Shown: in pieces, positions 29,892 to 40,312 of the stretch | Position numbering within the stretch: position 1 is the stretch's first letter | Layout: each line of letters opens with the position of its first letter | NCBI GenBank assembly: GCA_963769935.1 | Contig: CAVYNY010000013.1 | Span: 32,001-96,000, forward strand | DNA: 64,000 nucleotides | Source of the DNA: an uncultured delta proteobacterium | GTDB taxonomy: Bacteria; Desulfobacterota; Desulfobacteria; Desulfobacterales; JAFDCJ01 | Reading direction: 5' to 3' | Program-made: the position numbers and the translations under genes | The notes under the pieces: model-generated | Told to the model about the DNA's origin: nothing | The model's input: only the letters and a program-made list of their open reading frames with translations | The model's database searches: none

Positions 29892-30755
29892 ATGAAGGTG
29901 TTGATACTTGGCACAGGAAAAACAGGAACCACGGTTATGGTATATAAGGTCGCCGGCGGGCTGCCGAACTGTTATGCCTTTTCCGGCGGTCGCCCGGGCA
30001 AATATGTCGGCGATTACGAAAATGCAGTTTATAAGCATACCTATGAAGAGCGTAAAGGTAAAAGCTTCGAAGTTTTCCAGGAACATTTAGACAAAGAACA
30101 TTACGATCGCAAGATCTGGATGGCCCGGGATCCCCGCGATGCCGCCGTCAGCCGAATGCTGTACCGCTGGCACAAAGGTTTCATGGGCAAGAAAAAGCAA
30201 TATGAAGCCCATCTGGATCTGGTCTTAAGAAAGGAAAAAGATCCCCACGCCGTCCCGTTTTTTGAAATTTGTCGTTATACGGGACACGGCAGCTGGCCGC
30301 GGACAAGCGACCAGGTGGTAGAAGAAGAAAGACATCGTTACCAGCAGATGATTAATTTTGTCGAAGGATTGGGAAGTGATTGGTTCCGGTTCACTTTTGA
30401 AGACATGGTGGCCAACAAATTCGATGCCCTCAACAATTATCTCGGGTTTGAAGTCCAGGCCGATGCAACCGTCCCCAGCTCATCCGGCAAAGCCAAGGTG
30501 ATTCGCAAAAAAAGCACCGGCGACTGGCGCGACTGGTTCACCGAAGAGGACGTCGCGCTTTTTAAACCGGCATTTATGCCTTATATGGAACTTATTGGAT
30601 ATGACCTTGCCGACTGGGCGCTCAGCCCGGATCCCGTCATAGAGCCGAAGTACTCTTCGCTGTATATGCAGCAACTGCCCCGTAAGGCGAAGAGGAACAT
30701 CGTCCTGCGATTCCTGGACCCCATCACACAACGCCTGGGGAAACTGCATGCCTAG
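29892..30755 (+). CDS. PAPS-dependent sulfotransferase-like protein
   Basis: GKTGTT (5'-PSB-like), RDPRDAAVS (3'-PB), RKKSTGDWRDWF (RKGxxGDW-like). Confidence 0.75.
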   Translation: MKVLILGTGKTGTTVMVYKVAGGLPNCYAFSGGRPGKYVGDYENAVYKHTYEERKGKSFEVFQEHLDKEHYDRKIWMARDPRDAAVSRMLYRWHKGFMGKKKQYEAHLDLVLRKEKDPHAVPFFEICRYTGHGSWPRTSDQVVEEERHRYQQMINFVEGLGSDWFRFTFEDMVANKFDALNNYLGFEVQADATVPSSSGKAKVIRKKSTGDWRDWFTEEDVALFKPAFMPYMELIGYDLADWALSPDPVIEPKYSSLYMQQLPRKAKRNIVLRFLDPITQRLGKLHA

Positions 30756-30815
30756 CCTAATTCGAGCGATTCCATATCAACAATTGGTTGCCGATGTCAG
30801 TCTTGTGGGATGCCG

Positions 30816-31712
30816 TCATGTTGAAGTGACGAAGACGGCATTGTAGCTGAGCGCTTCCGAATCGCTGCCTTCGCTCATTTTCCGGCCTGCCGAACGCGTG
30901 TAATGCTTGTGGGACAATCGATACCGGTGGTCTTTCATAAATTCCAGGATCTGCACTTTATGCGGGTCATTCATTTCGACCTGGATGGATGTCGGACGCT
31001 GCGCACCGGAAAGCAGCTGACGCATCCCGGTAAGGATGAGAAACTCATTGCCATCCACGTCGATTTTTATGTGATGGGGGGCTATGATATCACCTGAAGC
31101 CAGAAGGCGATCGACAGTAGTGGCATATTTCAGTTCGGAAATCCGGATTCCTTTTTCATCAGCGGCGGCATCGCTGACGGCTGCAAGTTGGCTGTCCGAC
31201 GTTCCAACGTCACCCGATTTATAATTAAAAGAAAACAGCCCCTCTTGATCGTTCAGCGCGAAATTATTTGGAAAAACAACCTGTTGAAAGTTGTTTAAGG
31301 CGATATTGTCAATCAATCGGGCAAAGTTGGCCCCGTGGGGTTCGAAGGCGTATACCCGGCCCCCCTTTCCCGCGCGTGAAGCCGCCAATATTGAGTAAAC
31401 GCCGATATTGGCGCCAATGTCATAGAAGATATCATCCGCTTTAACATTTTCTCTTATCCAATCGACGGTCCCGGGCTCTTTGCCGAATATTTTTAAGCAG
31501 CGGTTGAATTCACGCACGGTTTCACAGCGAAACCGATAATCGTACTGCCCGTCAATAATGTGAATATCACGGGTTAACCTTTGGCGGAATTCAAGAATAC
31601 GTCTATGAAACTTTCTTAAATAACGTTTTGGGGGCCATGCTGCGGCATCATATTGTATCATATAAGTTTGACCTACCTTCGAGAGAACGTTGAAAAACAG
31701 GTTATTTGTCAA
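30816..31712 (-). CDS. FkbM-family methyltransferase
   Basis: FYDIGANIGVYS, AFEP, IKIDVDGNE. Confidence 0.9.
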   Translation of the reverse strand: MTNNLFFNVLSKVGQTYMIQYDAAAWPPKRYLRKFHRRILEFRQRLTRDIHIIDGQYDYRFRCETVREFNRCLKIFGKEPGTVDWIRENVKADDIFYDIGANIGVYSILAASRAGKGGRVYAFEPHGANFARLIDNIALNNFQQVVFPNNFALNDQEGLFSFNYKSGDVGTSDSQLAAVSDAAADEKGIRISELKYATTVDRLLASGDIIAPHHIKIDVDGNEFLILTGMRQLLSGAQRPTSIQVEMNDPHKVQILEFMKDHRYRLSHKHYTRSAGRKMSEGSDSEALSYNAVFVTST

Positions 31713-31907
31713 AACTCGACTTCATCCAGCCGGAAATGGAATTTTCCAATCCCGGGCAGTTGGCCGCTTACCCGAACCGGGATTCCGGTCGCGCTCACGA
31801 CATATATTGCAAAATCTCCCTGCAGCCCCGGAAATGAAAATTCCTCAAAATCTCTTTCTTCAGGATCCAGCGATTTCTTGATAATTTTTCTCAGCGTTTT
31901 TTTCCGG

Positions 31908-32864
31908 TCAGTTTTTTAACCGGGCTTCACTCAGCTTTAAATCCACTTGGCCTATGGTGGGCAGGAAACCTGAGGCCTGGATGGGCAGGCGGGAAACAGG
32001 ATCGACATAAATCGCGATGTCCTTGTGAAAACCCAGAAATGAAAATGCTTCGACTTCCTCCTGATCCGTCGCCATCGGCGTTGCCTCGATCATGATTTTA
32101 AGGGCGTCAACGTTGCCTTGTCTGCGAACGTCGCCCTGCGCTCTCTTTTCGATAAAGTCGACCTTCAGCGGCTGGATTCCGCCTGAACGCAGCCGGACGT
32201 TTTGCAGCTGCCTTTTGCCGAAGACGCAGACAGACAGCGGCTGCCGGCTTAAGGAATTATCGGCGGCGGAGATGATATAAATCAGCGACAGGTTTTCGGA
32301 AACGCTCGGACACCCCAATCGGGCCAAGTCATAAGGATAGAAGGTATCCTTAACATCCGTCCATTTCTCCGGGGCTTGCTTGGCTTCCTGCCGGTCCCCG
32401 GGCTCTATCCGGTGCCGGAACACGCCTTCGCGGGTAAAACGATAAATTTTTTTCTGGTCGTCATCGCCCCGGTCCAATCGGACCCATCCCAGCGCCGCGG
32501 CATCTTTCGGGTTAAACCAAACCTCATTCCTCATGTTCACCGGTGAACGAAAAATCGGATCTATGCTCATGATGACCGTGCTATGCCAGGCATCGGGAGT
32601 TGAAGGCTGAATTGGGATCCCCCGGGGACTTGCGATCAGGGCCGCCTCAACCTCGGCGGCAGGCAACGCCTTCAGTTGAATGTCCACCGTCACCGTAACC
32701 GCAAAACTTTTGGCCGAAAACGAAAGCTTAGACCAGGAGACCCGGCCGCCATCGAGTTCAAGATTCTTAAAAGATTGCGCCCGGCTTGAACCCGTACCAA
32801 AACCTGCCAGGAAGCTAAACAGGATACTCACTCCGGCCAGCACTTTTATTGTAGAGATCATCAA
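31908..32864 (-). CDS. Secreted hypothetical protein (beta-rich)
   Basis: N-terminal signal peptide (…SRA-QS), 318 aa open frame with typical codon usage. Confidence 0.7.
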   Translation of the reverse strand: MMISTIKVLAGVSILFSFLAGFGTGSSRAQSFKNLELDGGRVSWSKLSFSAKSFAVTVTVDIQLKALPAAEVEAALIASPRGIPIQPSTPDAWHSTVIMSIDPIFRSPVNMRNEVWFNPKDAAALGWVRLDRGDDDQKKIYRFTREGVFRHRIEPGDRQEAKQAPEKWTDVKDTFYPYDLARLGCPSVSENLSLIYIISAADNSLSRQPLSVCVFGKRQLQNVRLRSGGIQPLKVDFIEKRAQGDVRRQGNVDALKIMIEATPMATDQEEVEAFSFLGFHKDIAIYVDPVSRLPIQASGFLPTIGQVDLKLSEARLKN

Positions 32865-33339
32865 TGTTTTACCGCCCGGGCCTAAGCCCTCAGGGGGAAT
32901 TCACAACCGGGATTCCCCGTCACTCCTGGGTTGCAGGATTGCAGCCTTCATTAACTTCGGGCAACCCTAAAATCAACTTCACCTGGTTCGGAATCCCAAT
33001 ACTATGGCAATAAGCAAGCCCTGCGTCAAGCCAAAGATCATGGTGCACGTCATGCGATCCTTCTGGAAAAATGAAATGGGGGACTATAGTCCCTGAATTA
33101 TCCGCACGCTTGCATTTGAAAAGCAATAGCAATTAAAATTGTTCCGGCAATATTTAAATATTGCAGCGTGAGAGTTACATGTCAAGCCGCAGGGATGATG
33201 GAATTTGTTCAGTTCCGAATTTTCAGATTAGGACACCGGCATCCGCATTTACCACGTCAGCCAGCGCCAAAACTTAAGGTAAAAAGAACGTCCGACCCCT
33301 CATTTAACTATTTATGGCCCTTTTCTTCAAATAAATAGA

Positions 33340-34272
33340 TTAAACGGTTAAGTCCAGTCTTCTGAATCTTTCATTAATAAGATTGACGTATTGACGCTTC
33401 ATGTCTTCGGATAAAAAGCTCTTTCGGATAAGATCTATCCATTGGGGAAATGCTTTTACGATACGATTCAGGGTTTGTTGGATGGTTCTGGGGGTCAACT
33501 CAAGACGCTCTTTTGCAAAGTAAACAAAGAAGTCATCTCTTTTCAGCTTATTTTTCCTTCCGTTCAGCGGCAGCGCCAGTTCTTCCTGGGAATTTAAAAT
33601 GATTGTTGAATTTAAAAGATCATAAGCCGGCGACAATTCAACTTTCACATCCTGTCGGATGACGGAAAAATTTTTCAAATGCATATCTTCATTTCCAATC
33701 AAAAAATTAAACAGCGTCAAATTAAACAGCTTCAACTTCTCGATCGCCGGAAAAGTGCAGAACCTCCCGATAATGGATATAACCCCTTCCATGGACGACT
33801 CATATTTGGTATCCCGGCTTTTCCCGGAAAGCTGGGCGAAATCTTCAACCGGTATTTTCCTGCTTCTGCTTTTGCGATCAAAGCGCCGGATAAAATAAGT
33901 CAGTGTGCCGTCCTTAGAATACACTAAACCATGCAGCGGAACATTGATTCCAATCAGTTCCGCCATCCGCATGGTCACGTCCTCATTTTCCGGAACCTCC
34001 CGATAGGCGATCGTTTGCGGTTTGAATATATAGTGGCCGTTTGTATCCACAACTTCAAAAATCTCATTTTTAACGTTTAAACGAACGCTTAATTTGGGTT
34101 GAACCCCCTGGATTGACATTTTTGAAGCGCGAGCAACTGCCTCTCTGACCTGTTCCTCGGCCGAAAAGGGGAAGTCTTTTAAAGATCTCAATCTCGGCGA
34201 TAGCTTTTTCAATCCCTTGAGCGAATACTTGCCATCTTCACATTTTTCATATGTAATCGGACAACGGATCAT
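33340..34272 (-). CDS. HipA-family Ser/Thr kinase toxin lacking the N-subdomain (HipT-like)
   Basis: SIQGVQPK Gly-rich loop, YIFKP, RRFDR, EDFAQ, GNEDMHLKN, SPAYDL. Confidence 0.9.
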   Translation of the reverse strand: MIRCPITYEKCEDGKYSLKGLKKLSPRLRSLKDFPFSAEEQVREAVARASKMSIQGVQPKLSVRLNVKNEIFEVVDTNGHYIFKPQTIAYREVPENEDVTMRMAELIGINVPLHGLVYSKDGTLTYFIRRFDRKSRSRKIPVEDFAQLSGKSRDTKYESSMEGVISIIGRFCTFPAIEKLKLFNLTLFNFLIGNEDMHLKNFSVIRQDVKVELSPAYDLLNSTIILNSQEELALPLNGRKNKLKRDDFFVYFAKERLELTPRTIQQTLNRIVKAFPQWIDLIRKSFLSEDMKRQYVNLINERFRRLDLTV

Positions 34273-34276
34273 CTCT

Positions 34277-34588
34277 TTATTCTAACTCCTGAACGGTAAC
34301 CGCACCCACCAAATCGTTTCCCACTGCTACAAGCTGGCTGAAATAATCATATTTATCAATTTTACATTGCTTCAAAAGCCCCTCGAGAAGAAGCCCTTCG
34401 GGTAACAGTCCGTCGAAAAAAGGAGGAAAACGATCGAAAGTAAATGCCATATCCTCTACCGGCATGGTTATTGAAACAGCAGGACCATCGTAGTTTTCAT
34501 AATAGGCGAATCGGAATTTTTGGCCGGCTTCTAATTCCTCGAGAACACCGGCGGGCAAACCATGCATCGATACCTCAGCTCTTCTCAT
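34277..34588 (-). CDS. Stand-alone HipA N-terminal domain (HipS-like)
   Basis: F.Y...Y, SITMP, PPFFDGLLPEG, DLVGAV. Confidence 0.88.
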   Translation of the reverse strand: MRRAEVSMHGLPAGVLEELEAGQKFRFAYYENYDGPAVSITMPVEDMAFTFDRFPPFFDGLLPEGLLLEGLLKQCKIDKYDYFSQLVAVGNDLVGAVTVQELE

Positions 34589-34802
34589 TTGATAACACCT
34601 CCATCAGCGGGCTGGTGAAAGTTATTTTGATATTCAGAGCCTTAAGCACCTTTTGCAAGGTAGATAACCGAATGGTCTCTTTGCCATTTTCAATATCAAA
34701 AACAACGGTCTTGCCGACACCCGCCAGATCAGCCAACTGGTTCCGCGTCAGCCCACTTTTTTTCCTATGAAATAAAACCACTTCACTGAGTTTATAATCC
34801 AT
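34575..34802 (-). CDS. XRE-family HTH regulator (HipB-like)
   Basis: RKKSGLTRNQLADLAGVGKTVVFDIENGK; first gene of the triad. Confidence 0.9.
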   Translation of the reverse strand: MDYKLSEVVLFHRKKSGLTRNQLADLAGVGKTVVFDIENGKETIRLSTLQKVLKALNIKITFTSPLMEVLSNEKS

Positions 34803-34819
34803 AGATGTTCATTCCTTAA

Positions 34820-34981
34820 ATTACCGCCTTAGAAGTAAATATAATTTATTTTTCTTTCCCAAAACCAAAGTTGGAATCTGGAAAATATTTTTTACTGTTT
34901 TAACGGTAAAAAAATCTGATTTTAAACTCCATGAGAGTAATTTTTACTTGTAAAGCATTTATTTACCGTCATAGCGGTGAT
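34820..34981. promoter_or_regulatory. Three imperfect palindromes, candidate HipB operators
   Basis: ATTACCGCCTTAGAAGTAAA (34820), TTTACTGTTTTAACGGTAAA (34891), TTTACCGTCATAGCGGTGAT (34962); 71-bp spacing. Confidence 0.55.
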
Positions 34982-35210
34982 AAGTCAAATAAAATTCTTA
35001 AATTATCCTATCATCCTAATTTAATCCCGTCTTTTTACCGATACAATTCAACATTCGAATTTCGTCATTCGTCATTCCCTTCACATTCGCCATACGCCGT
35101 TCGCCATTCCCCTATCCCTCCCTCTATATCATCCACTCAAGAGTTTAACCAAACAACCGATATATCCTTGTATCGAATTCGAACTTTTCAAACCGGCATC
35201 ATATCATCCC

Positions 35211-36803
35211 ATGACAAATGGAGTGCATGCCGTGAATCCGACAGGGAGAAGGATAATCGTGTCAAACTCATTTCCGCCTAAACAACAAAAACTGGTTTCC
35301 TTTTTATTTTGTATTTTTTTAGCCGGCAGTGTCATGTTGTCCACTGACAGTTTCGCGGTCCCGCCGGAAAAGGTCAAAGCAATCTATCTGCCTTCCCCTT
35401 GCTTTACCAAGCGCAAAATCACCGAATTCAGCCATTACGCCGGCTTGGCCGGCTTCAATGCCGTTGTGCTGCATGTTAAAGATCCTCATGGTATGATTCG
35501 ATGGAAATCCGGGAACGAATTGGCCAAGGCAAGCGGCGCCGTCGCCTCGTACGGATTGGTGGAACACACCTTAAAGCAGTTAAAAGAGCAGGGATTCTGG
35601 TGTATTGCAAAATTAGATGTTTTTGCCGATCACCGCCTTGTGCGCCATGATCCATATCTTGGCATTTTAGACATACGAACCGGCGGACCGTGGGCTGATA
35701 GAAACGGCTTATACTGGGCCAATCCATTTAATGAAAAGGTTTGGGAGTATAATATATCCCTTTGTCATGAACTGATTGACCTTGGCTTTGACGAAATTCA
35801 ATTTGATTATATTCGGTTTCCCAGTGACGGTGATCTTTCCGTGATGAATTACCCGGTCATGGACGGAACGTTATCCAGGACCCGGTGCATCGGAAAATTT
35901 CTGGAGACGGCCTATGCCCGGCTAAAGCCGACGGGAGTTACGATCTCCGTCGATTTGTTCGGCCTGGTAGCTTGGAAATCTGAAGATTTCGGCGTCGGCC
36001 AACAAATAGAGGCAATTGCGCCGCACGTGGATGTCATCTGCCCGATGTTTTACCCGTCGCATTTTCCGCGCGGTTTTCTTGGCAAGCAAAATCCTGCCAA
36101 ATTTCCGTTGGAAATAATGGAATTAAGTATGAAGCGGATCAAAAGGCGCACGAACAAACGCATTCGCCCGTGGCTTCAGGGATTCTGGTATACCCCGGAG
36201 GACATCAATGCGCAGATCGATGGTGTAATGCTGGCAGAAAATAAGAGTTGGTCGGTCTGGAACCCGGCCGGTAATTACACGGCCACCTACAATGCTATCG
36301 GTGAGCGCTTAAATCAAATTTTTCCCGAACCAAAATTCTATCCCTCGATTGCCGAAATCAGTGAAAAGGCAGAAAGAATCATTCCGGGTAATTCCAGGAT
36401 TGTCAATTTAACCAATTACAGGCAAGGCTACTCCATAATCTCGCTGGATGAAACCAAAGCTGGAGCCGCCCAATCCTATTCAACGCTGATACAGGTCCTG
36501 GGAACAATGGATGAAGGGATAATGGACAGAATCCTAACAAACCGCGATATTCCATTTTCCCGCTTAACCGGTAAATACAAAAAGAAATTGCACCTGGCCG
36601 ATTTGCTCTGCCGGGATCTGCAAATCGACGCCCGAGTTCTGCGGCCCAAACCGATATATGTCGACTGGCAAAACGACTGCCGGTTTACTCCGACCATCCC
36701 TCTGGACCGCTTGAGCAATTACCGAATTGCCGCTGAAGCAGCTTTTGCAAAAGATCGTGACATATACGCAATTCTCTCAAAGCATAAGGACAACTTCCAT
36801 TAA
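35211..36803 (+). CDS. Putative glycoside hydrolase (DUF4015-like TIM barrel) with C-terminal extension
   Basis: Signal/TM segment, GFDEIQFDYIRFP, ISVDLFG, PMFYPSH, RPWLQGF; start may be GTG 35259. Confidence 0.75.
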   Translation: MTNGVHAVNPTGRRIIVSNSFPPKQQKLVSFLFCIFLAGSVMLSTDSFAVPPEKVKAIYLPSPCFTKRKITEFSHYAGLAGFNAVVLHVKDPHGMIRWKSGNELAKASGAVASYGLVEHTLKQLKEQGFWCIAKLDVFADHRLVRHDPYLGILDIRTGGPWADRNGLYWANPFNEKVWEYNISLCHELIDLGFDEIQFDYIRFPSDGDLSVMNYPVMDGTLSRTRCIGKFLETAYARLKPTGVTISVDLFGLVAWKSEDFGVGQQIEAIAPHVDVICPMFYPSHFPRGFLGKQNPAKFPLEIMELSMKRIKRRTNKRIRPWLQGFWYTPEDINAQIDGVMLAENKSWSVWNPAGNYTATYNAIGERLNQIFPEPKFYPSIAEISEKAERIIPGNSRIVNLTNYRQGYSIISLDETKAGAAQSYSTLIQVLGTMDEGIMDRILTNRDIPFSRLTGKYKKKLHLADLLCRDLQIDARVLRPKPIYVDWQNDCRFTPTIPLDRLSNYRIAAEAAFAKDRDIYAILSKHKDNFH

Positions 36804-36832
36804 TAACTGTATAGCTTTTCAGGGCGGATTAA

Positions 36833-37399
36833 TTAATTCAAAAGCTCACTAACTACGTCCAACAATTCCTGCAGCGCAAATGGCTTATTGAGGGTGTGCG
36901 CACCCAGTTTTTTTGCCATATCAAAATCGATGTCCGTTCCATACCAGCCACCGCCGGACATCGCGATCAGTTTCACATCCGGGTGTGCTTTTTTCAGCTC
37001 GATAATGGTTTCAATCCCTTCCTTTTCCGGCATGATGATATCGGTAATTATCATATCAGCCGGCTTCTCATAAAAATACCTTATGCCCTCGGCACCATTG
37101 GAGGCTTCCACGACGTCATATCCGGCATTTCGTAAGACTTGCCTTAGAACAGAACGGAAAGGCTCTTCATCATCGATGAGCAAAATCACAGGCGTTTTGC
37201 CGACTGACTCCCCCTGCCCGGAAATCCGCTGCAGGTGTGACCTATGATTCAGCACCTCATCATTTCCCGAACCGAATAGGACGTTACCTTTTTCAGGAAG
37301 GCCTCTTTCGAAGGCTTCTTTTTCCAAATCTTCAATATAAAACCCCACCTGTTTGTCAGCACCAGTCTGCGCTCCAACCAATTCCTCAGATTGTTCCAT
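36833..37399 (-). CDS. Response regulator receiver with N-terminal extension
   Basis: LLIDDE, ITDIIMPEKEG, IAMSGG, KPF. Confidence 0.88.
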   Translation of the reverse strand: MEQSEELVGAQTGADKQVGFYIEDLEKEAFERGLPEKGNVLFGSGNDEVLNHRSHLQRISGQGESVGKTPVILLIDDEEPFRSVLRQVLRNAGYDVVEASNGAEGIRYFYEKPADMIITDIIMPEKEGIETIIELKKAHPDVKLIAMSGGGWYGTDIDFDMAKKLGAHTLNKPFALQELLDVVSELLN

Positions 37400-37908
37400 A
37401 CCCCCCCCAATGGTTAGCTTGAATTTATTGTCTGAAACTTAAGCCGTTATTTGCTTAAAAGCCACCGGCAACCAAATTGTTCAATTTGCGGTTTGACGGC
37501 CTTCCCCCTCGGATCAAAAAAGCTGTCGAACTCATATCACTACAATATTTATGCCAGCTTGAAAGACGTGTTAAATTCAATTTATTTACAGTAGCTTAGC
37601 ATAATTCCGCTGTTCGACCCATTGAAAAATTGACAATAATTGTCATATTATAGACCGGTAAACGTCAAAACGAATGATTTCCACAAATCCCAATGTGTTT
37701 TTTTCTTTTTTTCCAATTCGCGCCCGTTATGATAAAAGAGAGCCCTGTGATATTTACCAGGCCGCATGAATAGGGGCTTTTCACATCGGATCACTTCGGC
37801 ATTGACGCTGCCTGACCGGCTGCCGTAGGAGGTCATAACTGGTACCGAATATGGAACTTTGACTTCCGATACTGCACCGCCCAAAACATAAGATATAGGT
37901 GAAACCGC

Positions 37909-39675
37909 ATGAATGCTTCAACGTTTAAATTGACCAAGACGCCGATGGGAATTAAGCCGCTGAAATCAGACGAAAAGGCCAGGTTTGAGACGAAAGTGGA
38001 AACTGCCGGGCGGGAGGGCCTGCCGGACAACATGGTCCTGGCGGTAATCTTTCTGGCAACTATTTACTGGGTGCTGGATTCTGTCTTAAACATATTTTTC
38101 TCCAACAAATTCAATCTCATTGTCGAACTCATCGGTCCGGACCTTTACGATATCTATCTGCGTGTCATCGTCTTATGCCTGTTTATAATGTTGGGCTCCC
38201 ATGCCCAGTCCGTTATCAACAAACTCAGGGTAGCAAAACAAAAGCTGAATGATTCCGAAGAGCTGTGGCGCTCACTGGTGGCGACCGCACCGGATATGAT
38301 CACGGCGGTAGATCACAATGGGATTATTCGCTTTATAAATCAGGATATTTCCGAGCTGCCGCGGGAAAAGGCCGTCGGAAAAAGTTTCTATAATTTTTTG
38401 CCTCAGGAATATCGCTACCTGGCGGAGGATTGCATCGAAAACGTCTTTCAAAGCGGTGAGACGGAAAGTTTCGAAGTCCGCATGGGCACGCTTATGAATC
38501 CCAAATGGTTTACGTACCGAATCGGTGCTTTGCGACTCGACGGACGCGTCATTGCCGCGACCATTATTTCGACCAACACCACCGAATTCAAACAGGCGGA
38601 AGAGCTGCTGCGGTATAAGGAACTATTTGACAATGTTGCCGAAGGCGTGTTCCTGTTCAACCCCAAGGGTAAATTTATCGAGTCCAATGACCGAATTCTG
38701 GAAAGCACCGGCTACTCCAAGGAAGAGTTGTTGGATCAGAATATCACCAAAATCGTGGAGCCCGAGCAGATACCTTATATCGAAAACATGCTAAAAAGGG
38801 TAAGTCAAGCCAACGAGGTCCGGTTCGAGCTGAATATTAAAACCAAAGACGGCACTATAATACCAAATGAAGTTAACTGCCGCTATGTTACTTATCTTGG
38901 CAAGACCTGCTTTTTATGCGTTGCCAGGGATATAACCACAACAAAATTACTTCAAAATCAATTGCTGCGATCGGAACGATTGGCTGCTACCGGCCAGCTG
39001 GCGGCATCCATCGCCCATGAAATCAATTCCCCCCTGCAGGGTATTACCGCTTTGCTGAGTGTGATCCGAATGAAGCATGCCAACGATGAGGACCTCCTGG
39101 AGAAATTAGACCTGATTAAAAGTGCCTTTATCAGGATACGCAATACGGTGCGCAACCTCATTGACCTCAACCGGCCGGGAAAAGAAAAAAAGCAACCCAT
39201 GGAGGTCAATCAAATTATCGAAAACACGGTCGCTTTGATGCGCAGTTACCTGAAAAAAAACATGGTGGACGTCGAGTTGAATCTGGCCGCTGAAAAATCA
39301 CAAATTATTGCCTCACCCCAGCAGATCGGTCAGGTTATCATGAACCTGGTCAATAATGCCGTCGAAGCCATTGTCCATGCGCCTGGTTTCCAAGACAATT
39401 TAACAGAGTCCCCTCCAATGGGTGGTCAAATCCGCATTGAGACTATCAATCAGGAGCATGAAGTTATAATAACTGTCAAGGACACCGGACCGGGTATAGC
39501 GCCTAAAGATCTTGATCGCATTTTCGATCCTTTTTTCACGCGGAAAAAAACAATGGGATTGGGGGTCGGCCTCTCGATTTGCTGCGGTATCGTTGAAGAT
39601 CATAAGGGGACCATTGCCGGGGATAACATAGCAGATGGCGGAGCCGTATTTACCATCAGATTGCCGGTGGCCTGA
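37909..39675 (+). CDS. PAS-PAS sensor histidine kinase
   Basis: Two TM segments, two PAS-like domains, AHEINSP H-box, NLVNNA, DTGPG, GLGVGL. Confidence 0.92.
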   Translation: MNASTFKLTKTPMGIKPLKSDEKARFETKVETAGREGLPDNMVLAVIFLATIYWVLDSVLNIFFSNKFNLIVELIGPDLYDIYLRVIVLCLFIMLGSHAQSVINKLRVAKQKLNDSEELWRSLVATAPDMITAVDHNGIIRFINQDISELPREKAVGKSFYNFLPQEYRYLAEDCIENVFQSGETESFEVRMGTLMNPKWFTYRIGALRLDGRVIAATIISTNTTEFKQAEELLRYKELFDNVAEGVFLFNPKGKFIESNDRILESTGYSKEELLDQNITKIVEPEQIPYIENMLKRVSQANEVRFELNIKTKDGTIIPNEVNCRYVTYLGKTCFLCVARDITTTKLLQNQLLRSERLAATGQLAASIAHEINSPLQGITALLSVIRMKHANDEDLLEKLDLIKSAFIRIRNTVRNLIDLNRPGKEKKQPMEVNQIIENTVALMRSYLKKNMVDVELNLAAEKSQIIASPQQIGQVIMNLVNNAVEAIVHAPGFQDNLTESPPMGGQIRIETINQEHEVIITVKDTGPGIAPKDLDRIFDPFFTRKKTMGLGVGLSICCGIVEDHKGTIAGDNIADGGAVFTIRLPVA

Positions 39676-39742
39676 ACCTGTGGGGGGTCTGGGTTCAAGG
39701 TTCAAGGTTAACGGTCGGGGTCTAGCTCAGCCGGCGGTGCAT

Positions 39743-39988
39743 AAATTCCAAATTCCAAGCACCAAATAACAGATAAACCCCAAATCACAATAATCAATGA
39801 CCGAAACCGGCCGGACCAAGAAAATCCAGCTGTTTTATTTTTTTGTGCTTTAGAACTTTCATGCTTTCGTGAAAAAACATCGGTTATTTATCTGAAGCGA
39901 AGACCAACACAGATAACGTCCCGTTTGGAATTTTGATATTTGATCATTGGAATTTGTTTGGGATTTGTTATTTGGAATTTGTGATTTT
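39743..39988. repeat. Inverted heptamer-arm element (AAATTCC/GGAATTT type)
   Basis: AAATTCCAAATTCCAAGCACCAAATAAC ... GTTATTTGGAATTTGTGATTT between convergent genes. Confidence 0.7.
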
Positions 39989-40312
39989 AATCAGCGCCGG
40001 CCCTGAAAACTGATCCATGCCCCCGATAGGCTTATATGAAACTACATCTCACACAGAGCGCTCAGAGGTCACAGAGGTAAGGGTTGGCAGCCGCCTGCGG
40101 CGAAAGAAAAATGTTCTCCGCGGTCTCTGTGAGCTCTAACGAAGTGGGCGTGATAGTAAATCCAACTGTGTCCGAATTCCCAAAAGTTTTTTTCTCGATT
40201 AATCTGGCCGTCTTTTTGGCCAGCGGCCCGGCTCGTGTGAAACTTAATTAAGATTCTCCACAATCAGATTGGACGCTCGCGGCCAGCGGATGGACTGAAC
40301 CCTGAATCCGCA

